Shown in pieces: positions 47,787-57,795 of a DNA stretch of 64,000 nt. Position 1 is the first letter of the stretch. Every line of letters begins with the position of its first letter. A model generated the notes under the pieces. It was not told the origin of the DNA and searched no databases. It saw only the letters and a program-made list of their open reading frames with translations. The position numbers and the translations under genes were made by a program. Source of the stretch: Halobellus rufus (GTDB lineage: Archaea; Halobacteriota; Halobacteria; Halobacteriales; Haloferacaceae); assembly GCF_000739575.1 (NCBI RefSeq), contig NZ_BBJO01000013.1, positions 1 to 64,000 on the forward strand. Reading direction: 5' to 3'.

Positions 47787-48530
47787 GTGAGCGTGCGTTG
47801 TCTCCTCGCGCGCGACCGCGGCTCGACTTCCCCCGGGGACGTCGAAGGGGAGGTCCTCGACGCGCTCGACGCGCAAGCGGGAATCACGACCGAAGCCGTC
47901 GGCGCGGACGAGGTCGCCTCCGGTGTCGACGACGCCGACGCCGTCTTCGCCCTGGGCGCGGCGGCGCTCGAAGCGCTCGCGACGTCCGGAGTGGACTGTC
48001 CGGTGGTCCCCGTCGACGCGGGCGTCCGCCGCTACGACGTCGCCCCCGAGGACGCGCCTGCGATCGCTGAGGCCCTCCTCGCCGGCGAACTCGACACCGA
48101 CCCTCACCCAGTTCTCGCGGTCGACGTCGACGGCGACCGTGCGGGATACGCCGTCTACGACGTGACGCTGATGACCTCTGAGCCGGCGAAGATCTCGGAG
48201 TACGGCGTCGAGACCGCCGACGGCTGGAACGACACCGTCCGCTCCGACGGCGTCGTCGTCGCCACGCCGCTCGGGAGCACCGGGTACGCCCGCGCGGTCG
48301 GCGGGCCGACGCTCGGGCCCGAAACGGGGGTCCTCGCGATACCGGTGTCGCCCTACGCGATGAACCCGGAGACGTGGGTCCTGCAGGCACCGATCACGCT
48401 GTCGATCGAACGCGACGAGGCGAACGTGTCGCTGCATCTCGACGACGACGTCGTCCGGTCGGTCCCGCCGAACGTCCCCGTCGACGTCACGGCGGACCGG
48501 ACGCTCCCGGTCGTCAGTGTACGGAAGTAG
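47787..48530 (+). CDS. ATP-NAD kinase-family protein (short NadK-like paralog)
   Basis: GSTGYARAVGGP matches the NAD-kinase GSTAYSxSAGGP signature. GTG start. The N-terminal GGDG motif is not evident. Confidence 0.55.
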   Translation: MSVRCLLARDRGSTSPGDVEGEVLDALDAQAGITTEAVGADEVASGVDDADAVFALGAAALEALATSGVDCPVVPVDAGVRRYDVAPEDAPAIAEALLAGELDTDPHPVLAVDVDGDRAGYAVYDVTLMTSEPAKISEYGVETADGWNDTVRSDGVVVATPLGSTGYARAVGGPTLGPETGVLAIPVSPYAMNPETWVLQAPITLSIERDEANVSLHLDDDVVRSVPPNVPVDVTADRTLPVVSVRK

Positions 48531-48547
48531 CGCCGCCGGTCGCCCGC

Positions 48548-48997
48548 TCAGATGACCGCGTTCCAGACCGGCTCGATGAGGTAGAAGAAGCTCTGGTACC
48601 CCGCGTACAGCAGCGCGACCACCGACGCGCCGATCGCCGCGGTCGGCCGTTCGAGCGCCTTCGACTTCGAGCGCGCCTCGACGAGGCGGGACTCGTACTC
48701 GAAGAAGTCGGAGATGAACACCGACAGCGCGAGGATCGACATCACCATTCCGCCGTGCGGTTCGATGACCAGGAAGACGAAGGAAGCGAGGACGAGCCCC
48801 AGGGTCGTCGCCGTGTGCGGCAGCCAGCGGTCGATCGCCTCGTCGTCGTCACCGGAGTCGGCCTGCGTGAGGTGCCGACGGTGCTGGAGGAAGCGCGTGA
48901 GGATGTTGAGGACGACGAACCCGAAGATGACGAACGGGATGACCGGCTCGAGTGCGGCCAGCGCATCGAGTGGGACGAGGAACTGTAGCGGTTGCAT
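48548..48997 (-). CDS. membrane protein, hypothetical
   Basis: 149 aa, 3-4 TM, GC3-rich. Confidence 0.4.
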   Translation of the reverse strand: MQPLQFLVPLDALAALEPVIPFVIFGFVVLNILTRFLQHRRHLTQADSGDDDEAIDRWLPHTATTLGLVLASFVFLVIEPHGGMVMSILALSVFISDFFEYESRLVEARSKSKALERPTAAIGASVVALLYAGYQSFFYLIEPVWNAVI

Positions 48998-49152
48998 ACC
49001 CGACGTTGGGTACAGGACTCATTAGAGTTTTTCCAATCCGGCGCGGGAACGGACGTGAGAATCGGCCGTACTGCGAGCGACTTCCGCTCGTCGGGCGGTG
49101 ACGGTTCTTCGAGGAACGGATCGCAGAGGATTGGACGGCGGGGCCCGACCAC

Positions 49153-49428
49153 TCACTGCGCGCGTTCTTCTAGGGCTTCGCGAGCCTGCCGGATCGCCGG
49201 AATGACGACCCAGAACGTCAGCGCACCGATGATCGTGAACCAGAAGAGCGCGTCCATAAGCATCACGCCGAGGGTGTCGAACATCGTCGCGGAATCGCTG
49301 AGCTCCACCGGGGAGACGAGCTGTTGTTCACTCGCGAAGCTCGGCGTCCGGTACCAGCCCGCCAGCACCATCCACCCGAGACCCGACGCCGTGAAGATTC
49401 CCAGCCCTTTGATGAACTCGTCAGCCAT
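49153..49428 (-). CDS. small 2-TM membrane protein, last gene of halocyanin/cytochrome b operon
   Basis: 91 aa. Start ATG overlaps the stop of the 49421..49831 gene. Confidence 0.35.
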   Translation of the reverse strand: MADEFIKGLGIFTASGLGWMVLAGWYRTPSFASEQQLVSPVELSDSATMFDTLGVMLMDALFWFTIIGALTFWVVIPAIRQAREALEERAQ

Positions 49429-49831
49429 TGGTGTTCGAATCTTCGCCGGAATCCTCTTGAGACTTTCCCATTCCGCGGGCGCGGAACCGCGTGCCGATCA
49501 CGTACACTCCCGCTCCGAACGCGATGATCGCGAGCCCCAGCGCGGCGAAGACGGTGCTCAACAGCCCGTCGCCGATCGCGAGGCCGACGGCGGCGAGGAC
49601 GCTGCGGACGGTGTTTCCCAGAAAGCTCACGTTCAGCGTGGCCGCGTCGAGAAGCATAAACCCGAACACGACGCTCACGACGGCGATGAGCGTCGAGAAC
49701 ACCGTGACGGTCTTGTAGATCCGCATCGGCACGACGACGTCGCGGCCGCCGCGCGCGTCCCGATCGGTGTCGTCCTCGCGCGAACTGTCCGCCGCGCCCT
49801 CTGACGCCGACGCCGGATCTCCGTCACTCAT
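49421..49831 (-). CDS. 3-TM membrane protein, hypothetical (operon member)
   Basis: 136 aa, acidic N-terminus then 3 TM. Same strand and close spacing to the petD-like gene. Confidence 0.35.
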   Translation of the reverse strand: MSDGDPASASEGAADSSREDDTDRDARGGRDVVVPMRIYKTVTVFSTLIAVVSVVFGFMLLDAATLNVSFLGNTVRSVLAAVGLAIGDGLLSTVFAALGLAIIAFGAGVYVIGTRFRARGMGKSQEDSGEDSNTNG

Positions 49832-49969
49832 TGGACGCCCTTCGCACCGGTGGAAAAAGGCCCTTTCCGTATCTCGGCGAGCGGGCGGCGATCAAACGGG
49901 CGCGGTCGAACGAGGAACGCAGCGAAAAATCAGCGTCGGGACGGGAGATCTGACGGAGGCAGTCTGCCC

Positions 49970-50734
49970 TTACTTCGGCGGACGAAGCCGGTAGTACCGC
50001 CGGTTGAGGTCGTACATGTACCCCTCTCGCATCGTCTTCAGCACCGCCCAGGTGATGAAGCCGCCGACGATCGGCAGCAGGAACGTCAGGTCGAAGGCGA
50101 GTTTGACGTTCATCGGCAGGAGGTTCTTCGCGGAGTAGACGCTGATGGTGAGCGCGAAGATGACGCCGCCGACGCCGATGGCCGACCACAGCGGCTGTTC
50201 GACCGGGCGTCGGGCGCTCCCCTTGTTCAGGAAGGGGACGATGGCGATGAACCCGACGACGACGACGTTCGCGAGGACGCCGTACATCCGGTCGGACATC
50301 AGTTTTTCCCCGCCGAGGATCGATAGTTCGGGGTTCAGCGGGCCGAGTTTGAGCAGACCGAACGACCAGTAGAGGTACCAGTCGGGCAGGATGATCGCGG
50401 GCGTACTCGATGGGTTCGCCGGGTCGCCGATGTGCGGCGGCAGCGTCGCCGACAGGAACAGCAGCATTCCCACGAAGAAGCTGGCGATCGCCAGGTTTCG
50501 GATGATCTCGTGGGGCCACGTCGGAAACGCGAGCACGTCGCGCTCGACGTAGTCGGACTCCTGTCTGAGGTCCTGGTCTTCGCGACGGGAGCGCTCGAAG
50601 TACTCGTAGGTGAGCTGTGAGAGCCCCTGCGTTCGTTCCTTACGCTCGCGCCACGTCGGCGTCTCGTCGTCGGGGGCGACGATGCCGCTGCCGTCGGCGC
50701 GGACGTCGTCGGTGGTGGATTCTTCGTCGGTCAT
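49970..50734 (-). CDS. petD: cytochrome b C-terminal domain protein (cyt b6f subunit IV / PetD-like)
   Basis: Three TM helices with the conserved P-D-W-Y/F segment (PAIILPDWYLYWSFGLLK) of the cytochrome b C-terminal half. ATG at 50734; the track start at 50779 is a TTG. Confidence 0.7.
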   Translation of the reverse strand: MTDEESTTDDVRADGSGIVAPDDETPTWRERKERTQGLSQLTYEYFERSRREDQDLRQESDYVERDVLAFPTWPHEIIRNLAIASFFVGMLLFLSATLPPHIGDPANPSSTPAIILPDWYLYWSFGLLKLGPLNPELSILGGEKLMSDRMYGVLANVVVVGFIAIVPFLNKGSARRPVEQPLWSAIGVGGVIFALTISVYSAKNLLPMNVKLAFDLTFLLPIVGGFITWAVLKTMREGYMYDLNRRYYRLRPPK

Positions 50735-50738
50735 TGTA

Positions 50739-51533
50739 TCAGTGTGGCTCCGCGATGCCCTGCACCCAGACGATCCCAATGTGGATGGCGATGAGCGAGG
50801 TCACCACGAACGGGAGCAGGAACACGTGGATGATGTACATTCGTTGCAGCGTTGCCTGGCTCAGCGAGAACCCGCCGAACAACAGTTGGGCGGCCCACTC
50901 GCCGACCAGCGGGACCGATAGCGCCATCTCGACGCCGATCTGGCCCGCCCAGTAGGCGAGTTGGTCCCACGGGAGCAGGTAGCCGGTGTACCCGAACACC
51001 ATCGTCAGGCTGATCAGGACGATGCCGAGCAACCAGTTCAACTCCCGCGGCTCCTTGTACGCCCCGGTGAAGTACACGCGGAGCATGTGGAGGAACACCG
51101 CCGCGACCATCACCTGCGCCGACCAGCGGTGGATCGACCGCAGCATGAATCCGAACTGGAGGTCCTGCATGATGAACGCGATGGAGTTGTAGGCGGTCGA
51201 GGGGTCGCCGGTCGTCGCCGGCGAGTAGTAGAACCCCAACAGCGCGCCGCTGATGGCGGCGACGACGTACGCGAGCGTGGAGAACAGCCCCAGCGTGTAC
51301 AGCGGGTACCAGTACCAGAACTTGTTGTCGAGGTTGTACTGTTCGGTGTGGCTCTTCGGCATCTGGAGGTTCACCCGGTAGTACAGGGTCTCCAGCAGTT
51401 CCAGGTAGTCGACGATTCGGAGCCGCTTGTCCAGCCAGATGAGCGTCGTGAGGAAGACCGACTCCACGGGAGTCAGGTCCTTCTCTTTCATCCAGCCCTT
51501 GTGGTCGTAGTCGTCTTTCTTTTCGAGGCTCAT
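50739..51533 (-). CDS. petB: cytochrome b N-terminal domain protein (cytochrome b6 / PetB-like)
   Basis: Four-helix haem-binding core with the bis-His pairs (SIHRWSAQVMVAAVFLHMLR ... HVFLLPFVVTSLIAIH) and the Y-L-L-P-W-D-Q segment (TGYLLPWDQLAYWA). True start MSLEKK at 51533. Confidence 0.8.
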   Translation of the reverse strand: MSLEKKDDYDHKGWMKEKDLTPVESVFLTTLIWLDKRLRIVDYLELLETLYYRVNLQMPKSHTEQYNLDNKFWYWYPLYTLGLFSTLAYVVAAISGALLGFYYSPATTGDPSTAYNSIAFIMQDLQFGFMLRSIHRWSAQVMVAAVFLHMLRVYFTGAYKEPRELNWLLGIVLISLTMVFGYTGYLLPWDQLAYWAGQIGVEMALSVPLVGEWAAQLLFGGFSLSQATLQRMYIIHVFLLPFVVTSLIAIHIGIVWVQGIAEPH

Positions 51534-51535
51534 TG

Positions 51536-51922
51536 TTATCGCTTGTAGTAGGGGTAGACCGCGCGTTTGACGTGATCCCACGCGCCGTCGGCGAACGGCA
51601 CGCCGTCTGCGTCCTCCTCGCGGATGTAGAGGTCCTCCCACTTGCGACGTCGCTTCTTGACGATCACGACGTCCGGCAGGAACTCCTTGCGGTACATTGC
51701 GAGGATGAACGCCAGATCAATGAAAATGACGGCTAACACGGCGCCGAGGTACATATTCCCGGTGTCGGTCAGTCCCCATCCGGACAGGAGACCGTAGGTG
51801 AACAGGAACACGAAGACGACCTCGATGATCGTCAACAGGACGATGGCGATCGCCGCGGCGGTGCTCTCTCGCGCCGGTTCGTACCGGTGGATGTCGCCGT
51901 AGGTGCTTCCACTCGATGACAT
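51536..51922 (-). CDS. 2-TM membrane protein, hypothetical (operon member)
   Basis: 128 aa. 2-nt gaps to both flanking genes. Confidence 0.4.
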   Translation of the reverse strand: MSSSGSTYGDIHRYEPARESTAAAIAIVLLTIIEVVFVFLFTYGLLSGWGLTDTGNMYLGAVLAVIFIDLAFILAMYRKEFLPDVVIVKKRRRKWEDLYIREEDADGVPFADGAWDHVKRAVYPYYKR

Positions 51923-51924
51923 CG

Positions 51925-52599
51925 TCAGTTCCTCCCGGTCCCCGTGTGCGGGGACTCACCGTATTTCAGGATGTAGAACGTGAAGATCACCGTCACGAGG
52001 ATGCCGAGGATCGTCGCCGCGCCGACCCAGTGGGCGTGGATCGGGACGCCGAGGTCGTGCAGTTCCTTCTCGCCGCCACCGCCGCCGCCGGCGTCGGGGT
52101 TCTCGACGACTTCGAGGGTGGCTTCCATCCCCGCCGATCGGTGGGGGTCACAGTAGTACTCGTAGGTTCCCAGCGTCTCGAAGGTGTGTGAGTACGTGAA
52201 CCCCGTGTTCTCGATCGGTTCGTGACCGCCCCAGTCGGCGCCCTCCGGCTGGTTCTCGACGACGATGTTGTGGTTGTCCGAGTCCCAGACGAACTCGACG
52301 GTCGTCCCCGGAGCGATCTGTAGCGCTTCCTCAGTTCCCGGTTCGTACACGAGCGACCCGCCCGGACCGACGGTCACGGTGACGGTCTCGCCGCTTCCGG
52401 AGCCGCCTCCGGATTCCGTTCCGGTTCCGGTTCCGGTCCCAGTGCCAGTACCGGTCCCAGTCCCGGTTCCAGTTGCCGTGCCTGTGGCTGTCCCGCCCTC
52501 GGTCTCGGTCTCCTGGGCGGCACCGAGTCCGGCGGTGGCAGAGGCCGTCGTGGCAGCAGCAGGGACGCTCGCTGCTCGCAGAAAGTCCCGCCTCTTCAT
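51925..52599 (-). CDS. halocyanin with Tat signal, (TG)n linker and C-terminal TM anchor
   Basis: MKRRDFLRAASV Tat leader. (TG)9 dipeptide repeat. Copper domain about 70% identical to halocyanin 1 (H...YYCDPH...M). C-terminal TM ILGILVTVIFTFYILKYG. Confidence 0.8.
   Translation of the reverse strand: MKRRDFLRAASVPAAATTASATAGLGAAQETETEGGTATGTATGTGTGTGTGTGTGTGTGTESGGGSGSGETVTVTVGPGGSLVYEPGTEEALQIAPGTTVEFVWDSDNHNIVVENQPEGADWGGHEPIENTGFTYSHTFETLGTYEYYCDPHRSAGMEATLEVVENPDAGGGGGGEKELHDLGVPIHAHWVGAATILGILVTVIFTFYILKYGESPHTGTGRN
52405..52480 (-). repeat. imperfect hexanucleotide tandem repeat encoding the (Thr-Gly)n linker
   Basis: Repeats of ccggtt/ccagtc units on the + strand (ggttccggttccggtcccagtgccagtaccggtcccagtcccggttccagt). 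A slippage-prone tract. Confidence 0.6.
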
Positions 52600-52659
52600 A
52601 CAGTTCGTTCTGAGGAAGCAGCGCGCTTAAACCCACCGACTCCCCCCTCACGGCGGGCC

Positions 52660-53643
52660 CTAGCGAGAGGCCCCGTCGGCGTCGGATTCGCCGTCCTCGC
52701 CCACATCAGTGTCGTGGGCCGCGTCGACCTGGCGCGAGGAACTCTCCGCCTCGTCCGGCACCGCCGATTCCGGAAGGAACTCCGGACGGTCCTCCCTGAT
52801 GGCCTCCAGCGCGCGGAGGCGGTTTCGGAACTCCTCCGTCCGGAACCGGTCCGAGAGCCGCGCGTTGGCGACGACGAGAAAGAGGAAGAAGCCGATGACC
52901 AGAAAGCCGATCGCGGCGATCGGCGCGACGATCGTCGAGAGCGACGGGAGCGCGATCCACGCGACGAGCAGACCGAGCCCGACGACCATCTGCGCGGCGG
53001 CGACGATCTGCAGCATCAGGTTCCCGAACTCGCCGCTGCCCTCGACGACGGCCTCCGGTTCCGGCAGCGACGCGTCTTCGGGGGCGTCCATCAGCTCGTA
53101 ACTGTCCATCGAGCAGAGCGCGACCGTCGGCTTGACGTCGCGGAGGACGGTCCCCTCGCCCTCGACGCTCCCGTCGGGGTGGACGATCGCGTACCCCTCG
53201 TCGGAGTAGGCGACGACCCGGTCCTCTCCCGCCCGGATCCGTTCGACGACGGCGAAGATCTCGCGGATCGCGACCCGCGCGTTCAGCTCCTGCTCGACGC
53301 GGTCGAGGAGTTCCTCGCCGACGATCCACGTGCCGGGATCGAACACCGCCTCCCACTCTTCGAGACTCATCTCGGCCATGTCCTCGGGGCCGAAGTCGTC
53401 GAAGTCGTAGGTCTCTTCGACCTGCCGACGGAGTTCGTCGAGCCCCTCCGCGTCGGCTGGCGGTGCGTCGTCTCCGGACGCGGATTCGCCGCCAGCGGTC
53501 CGCGGCGGGTCGTCCGCTCCGTCCGACGGCGAGTCGTCGTCCGCGGTCGACGCCGACGGCCCGCCTGCAGCCGTCGGGTCGTCCTGCGAGTCCGCGCCGG
53601 ACCTGCGCTCTGTCGCGTCCGACCCCTCAGAGGACTCCGTCAT
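52660..53643 (-). CDS. hypothetical membrane protein with long acidic N-terminal region
   Basis: 327 aa. Approx. 100-aa low-complexity acidic N-terminus, central soluble domain, 2 C-terminal TM. Confidence 0.4.
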   Translation of the reverse strand: MTESSEGSDATERRSGADSQDDPTAAGGPSASTADDDSPSDGADDPPRTAGGESASGDDAPPADAEGLDELRRQVEETYDFDDFGPEDMAEMSLEEWEAVFDPGTWIVGEELLDRVEQELNARVAIREIFAVVERIRAGEDRVVAYSDEGYAIVHPDGSVEGEGTVLRDVKPTVALCSMDSYELMDAPEDASLPEPEAVVEGSGEFGNLMLQIVAAAQMVVGLGLLVAWIALPSLSTIVAPIAAIGFLVIGFFLFLVVANARLSDRFRTEEFRNRLRALEAIREDRPEFLPESAVPDEAESSSRQVDAAHDTDVGEDGESDADGASR

Positions 53644-53743
53644 TACCCGAGTGTTCGACCGGCAGACTCCTTAGGGTAACGGTTCTTTCACCAAACGCGA
53701 GCAAGTCGGTCACTTTACACGCCGGGGATTCCAAGCCGGGACA

Positions 53744-54226
53744 ATGGTATCCGAGTCGACCATCGCGACCGCCGCCGCGCTGATGGTCACGGCCAGCCTC
53801 CCCTTCTACCTCTACGGCGCGTGGATCATGATCGACGCCGACACGGTCACTTGGGACGTCCTCGTCTACCACCTGCAGTTCATCGTTCCGGGGCTGGTTC
53901 TCACCACGATCCCGGTCCTGACGTGGATGCTCCCGCGGCTCCTCGATCAACTCGGCGGCGTGATCGTCCTCCACGCGATCCTGGGACTGCAGGCGTACGC
54001 GCTCTTGGTGCTCGCGCTCACGGGGATCGTCAGAATCCTGCAGGTGAAACGCGACGCGGACCTCTACGAGGACCCCGAACAGGAGATCGACCTCGACGAA
54101 CTGCACCCGGACATGAGCGCGTGGCGCGGCCGGCTCCGGGTCGGCGTCTTCGGCTACGTGCTCTTCTGGTTCCTCGCGTGGCTCCTCGGGATGTCGCAGT
54201 ACGTCGGACGGTACGTCCTCGGATAG
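53744..54226 (+). CDS. 4-TM membrane protein, hypothetical
   Basis: 160 aa, GC3-rich, 4 TM. Confidence 0.4.
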   Translation: MVSESTIATAAALMVTASLPFYLYGAWIMIDADTVTWDVLVYHLQFIVPGLVLTTIPVLTWMLPRLLDQLGGVIVLHAILGLQAYALLVLALTGIVRILQVKRDADLYEDPEQEIDLDELHPDMSAWRGRLRVGVFGYVLFWFLAWLLGMSQYVGRYVLG

Positions 54227-54311
54227 TCCGCAGGTCGTCCGAAACCGTCCGCGGATCTCCTCGGACCCCTCGCGTCGCCCGACGTCTAACTGCTGGCCGC
54301 CACCTTCCGAA

Positions 54312-54998
54312 TTAGCTCCACGCCTCGCCGGACGCGAGGTCGACGTCGGCATCGAGCTTCGAGGACGGGCAGACGTCTTCGAGAACGCACGCCTCGCAGT
54401 CGGGGTTGCGCGCGGTGCACACCGCGCGGCCGTGGCTGATGAACAGATGGGTGAACTGCTGCCAGTCCGACTCGGGAACGAGCGCCATCAGTTCGCGCTC
54501 GATCTTCGTCGGCGTCTCCGCCTCGGCGATGCCGAGCCGACGGGAGATGCGCTGGACGTGCGTGTCGACGACGATGCCCTCGACGACGTCGTGCCCGTGC
54601 TGCAGGACGACGTTCGCGGTCTTGCGACCGACGCCCGAGAGGTCGGTGAGTTCGGCCATCGTGTCCGGGACCTCGCCGTCGTGCTCGGAGACGAGCGTCT
54701 CGCCGATCGACTTGAGGTAGCCGGCCTTGTTGTTGTGGAACGTGATCCCGTAGATGTCGTCGGCGAGTTCCTCTTCGTCGGCCGCGGCGTAGTCGGCCGC
54801 GCTCTGATACTTCTCGAACAGCTCCTCGGTCACCTGGTTCACCCGCTCGTCGGTGCACTGCGCCGAGAGCACGACGGCGACGAGCAGTTCCAGTCGGGTC
54901 GAGTAGTTCAGCGAGATCGTCGAGTCCGGGTACTCCTCGTAGAGCCGGTCGAGAACCTCCGCGGCCTGTTCTTCGCGAGTGTCGCGCGGCGTGCCCAT
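54312..54998 (-). CDS. nth: endonuclease III (HhH-GPD DNA glycosylase with 4Fe-4S cluster)
   Basis: HhH-GPD (LTDLSGVGRKTANVV...D), FCL motif C-x6-C-x2-C-x5-C (CTARNPDCEACVLEDVC). Confidence 0.9.
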   Translation of the reverse strand: MGTPRDTREEQAAEVLDRLYEEYPDSTISLNYSTRLELLVAVVLSAQCTDERVNQVTEELFEKYQSAADYAAADEEELADDIYGITFHNNKAGYLKSIGETLVSEHDGEVPDTMAELTDLSGVGRKTANVVLQHGHDVVEGIVVDTHVQRISRRLGIAEAETPTKIERELMALVPESDWQQFTHLFISHGRAVCTARNPDCEACVLEDVCPSSKLDADVDLASGEAWS

Positions 54999-55074
54999 AC
55001 GCGGGCATCGGATGGGGCCGTGTTGAGACTGTCGACCGCGGTCGGTTCAGCCGCTCGGAACCCACCGCTGCGAC

Positions 55075-57795
55075 TCAGTCGTCGGCGCTCGACTCGATCG
55101 CCGCGAGCGACGCGTCGGCGACGCGGTCGACGGAGGAGCGGTTGCTCGTCGGGTCCTTCTCCACGGTGACGAGGTCGTCGGCGGCCGCGACGAGGTCGTC
55201 GTCGTGGCTCACGATCAGGATCTGCGCGACGCCCAGCCGACGCATCTCCTCGACGAGGTCGACCAGCCGGGAGACGTGGCCCGAATCGAGGAAGACCGTC
55301 GGTTCGTCGAGGATGAGCGGCGGCATCGGCGCGGACCCCTCGATCCCCTCCGCGAGGAGGCGGTAGATCGCACACCGCAGCGAGAGGTTGAACAGCGCGC
55401 GCTCGCCGCCGGAGAGCTGTTCGGGGTCGAGCGCGGTGCCGTCCTTCTGGAAGACGGTCAGTTCGTACTCGTCGTCGAGGCGGATCCGGGAGTACGCGTC
55501 GTTGGCGTAGACGAGGTCGAACGTCTCGTTGAGCATCCGTTCGAGCGTCTCGACGTTCCGCCGCCGGAGCTCCGCGCGGAGGTCGCTGTAGGTCGATTCG
55601 AGCGTCGAGATCTCCTCGTGCAGCGACTCCAGCGACTCCACCTTCGCGGCGATCTCGTCTCTGTCCTCCCGGAGCGATTCGAGCTCCGAAAGCGACGTCT
55701 TCACGCCGCCGATGTCGCTCGTGAGTTCGTCGCGCCGCTCGCGGAGCTCCGCGAGCTTCTCTTCGACGTCTTCGAGGTACTCCTCGGCCTCTCGCTTGTT
55801 CGACTTCGCCGCCTCGACGCGCTCCTCGTCGACCGCCTCGGCGAGTTCCTCGCGCCGCTCGCGCTTCTCTTGGAGGTACTCCCGGCGCTCGTCGTTGCGC
55901 TCGCCGATCGTCTGCCGGCGCTCTCGGAGGCGGTCGATCTCCGATTCGGCCGCGTCGATCTCCGCGCGGAGCGATTCGACGCGGTCCAAGCGCTCGCGGG
56001 CAGTCGAGAGCTCTTCGAGGTCGGTTTCGAGGGATTCGACGGTCTCCGCGGCGTCTTCGGCGGCCGCCGACTGCGTCTCGGCCGCCTCGCGCTTCGCGTC
56101 GGCCTGCGCGTCGAGCTCCTCAGCCTCCTCCCGCGCCGATTCGGCCTCCTCTCGGCGGTCCTCGGCGGTCTCCCTCGCGTCTTCGATGCTGCTCTCGATC
56201 AGCGAGCGCTTCTCGCGGAGGTTCCCGAGCCGCGACTCGGCGTCGACGAGCGACGCTGCGGTGTCGAGGGCGGCCTCGTACTCGTCTTCCTCGGCTTCGA
56301 GGTCGTCGATATCGGCCGCTAGGGTCTCGATTTCGGCCTCGTACTCGCCGATGGCGTCGACGTGCGGCGACTCCTCGACCGGCTGGCCGCACTCCGGACA
56401 CTTCCCCTCCGCGCGGAGCGACTCGGCCTCGTCGAGGCGCTCCCGAGCCGACTCCAACTCCGCGCGCTTCGTCGCGAGCGACTCGCGCGTCTCGCGGAGC
56501 GACGCCTGCACCGACTCGCGGTGGGCCTCGGCCTCGCCGACCTCGACCGGCGCGCCCTCGAAGCGCTCTCGCAGGGTCTCGATCTCGTCGTCGAGTTCCG
56601 CCAGTTCAGCGGTCCGCTCTTCGATCCGGTCCTCGGCGTCGCCGGCGGTCGACTCCGCCTCCGCGGCGCGCTCGCGGAGCTCCTCCGCGCGCGTCTCGAA
56701 CTCGTCCGCGCGCTCGGCCAGCTTCTCGGCCTGGTTCGACAGCATCGTCTCGCGCTGGCGCGCGTCGGTGAGTTCCTCGCGGATCTCCGCCTCCCGTTCG
56801 TCGAGCGCCTCGCGGCGAGATTCCAGCGCGTCGGCGTCTACCTCATCGACGGCGACCGTGCCGGCGTCGCTCTCCGAACCGCCGAGGTCGGTTTTCGCCG
56901 CCGCAGATTCGAGCTCGTCTTCGAGTTCGTCGATTCGATCGCGGCGGTCGACGATCTCTGATCGGAGCTCCTCGCGCTCGGCCTCGTCGGACTCGATCGT
57001 CTCGCGGAGCTCCGCGATGTCTTCGTCGAGATCGTCGAGTTCCGCCTTCGTCTCCTCGTGGGAGGCGAGGACCTCCTCGGCCTCCGCGAGGGTCTCCTCG
57101 GCGCGCGCCTCGTTCTCCTCGAAGCGCTCGATCTTCGCGTCGACGTCGGCCAGCGCCGATTCCAGCTCGTTCAGCCTCGCGTGGAGGTCCGCGTCCTCCT
57201 TGGCCTCGATCTGGGAGTCGAGTTTCGCGAGCGCGCCTCTGGTCTCCGAGCGCACGTCCTCGACGCCGAGTCGCGCCTGACTCGCCCGTTCGCGGTACTC
57301 CTCTAGCTTCCCCAACTGGAGGAGGTCGTCGATGGTGTCCTGCCGCTGGGCGGGCGTGGCGTTGATGAGCTTGTTCACCTCGCCCTGCCGGACGTACGCG
57401 CAGTTGACGAACGCCTCGGCGTCCATCCGCAGGAGGTCGGTGACGAACGCCCGGACGTCGGTCGCGCCGTCGACCGCGACGCCGGGACCTTCGAGCGTGC
57501 AGGTCGCCGTGTGAATGCGATCCCCGGAGCGACGCAGTTCCCGCAGGATGCGGAACGTCTCGCCCTCGTGGGCGAACTCCAGTTCGATCTCGGCCTCGTC
57601 CTCGCCGGTCGTCACGACGTCGTCGAGCGTCTCGTCGAGCGCGTGGGCACCGTACAGCGCGAAGAAGCACGCCTCCAAGAGCGAGGATTTGCCGCTGCCG
57701 TTCAGGCCGTGGATGACGGTGACTCCGTCGCGGAGGTCCAGTTCCGCGTCGGCGTAGGGCTTGAAGTTCTGCAGTCGGATCCGTTCGAAGCGCAT
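55075..57795 (-). CDS. rad50: DNA double-strand break repair ATPase Rad50
   Basis: Walker [10 protein letters not shown], very long coiled coil with central zinc hook CPECG, signature motif LSGGERAL, Walker B LILDEP and D-loop. Confidence 0.9.
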   Translation of the reverse strand: MRFERIRLQNFKPYADAELDLRDGVTVIHGLNGSGKSSLLEACFFALYGAHALDETLDDVVTTGEDEAEIELEFAHEGETFRILRELRRSGDRIHTATCTLEGPGVAVDGATDVRAFVTDLLRMDAEAFVNCAYVRQGEVNKLINATPAQRQDTIDDLLQLGKLEEYRERASQARLGVEDVRSETRGALAKLDSQIEAKEDADLHARLNELESALADVDAKIERFEENEARAEETLAEAEEVLASHEETKAELDDLDEDIAELRETIESDEAEREELRSEIVDRRDRIDELEDELESAAAKTDLGGSESDAGTVAVDEVDADALESRREALDEREAEIREELTDARQRETMLSNQAEKLAERADEFETRAEELRERAAEAESTAGDAEDRIEERTAELAELDDEIETLRERFEGAPVEVGEAEAHRESVQASLRETRESLATKRAELESARERLDEAESLRAEGKCPECGQPVEESPHVDAIGEYEAEIETLAADIDDLEAEEDEYEAALDTAASLVDAESRLGNLREKRSLIESSIEDARETAEDRREEAESAREEAEELDAQADAKREAAETQSAAAEDAAETVESLETDLEELSTARERLDRVESLRAEIDAAESEIDRLRERRQTIGERNDERREYLQEKRERREELAEAVDEERVEAAKSNKREAEEYLEDVEEKLAELRERRDELTSDIGGVKTSLSELESLREDRDEIAAKVESLESLHEEISTLESTYSDLRAELRRRNVETLERMLNETFDLVYANDAYSRIRLDDEYELTVFQKDGTALDPEQLSGGERALFNLSLRCAIYRLLAEGIEGSAPMPPLILDEPTVFLDSGHVSRLVDLVEEMRRLGVAQILIVSHDDDLVAAADDLVTVEKDPTSNRSSVDRVADASLAAIESSADD

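Noticed and set aside
55712-57280. 522-aa Ser/Arg-rich ORF on the plus strand
   Set aside because: Low-complexity translation antisense to the rad50 coiled-coil region. Its codon periodicity is that of the opposite strand.
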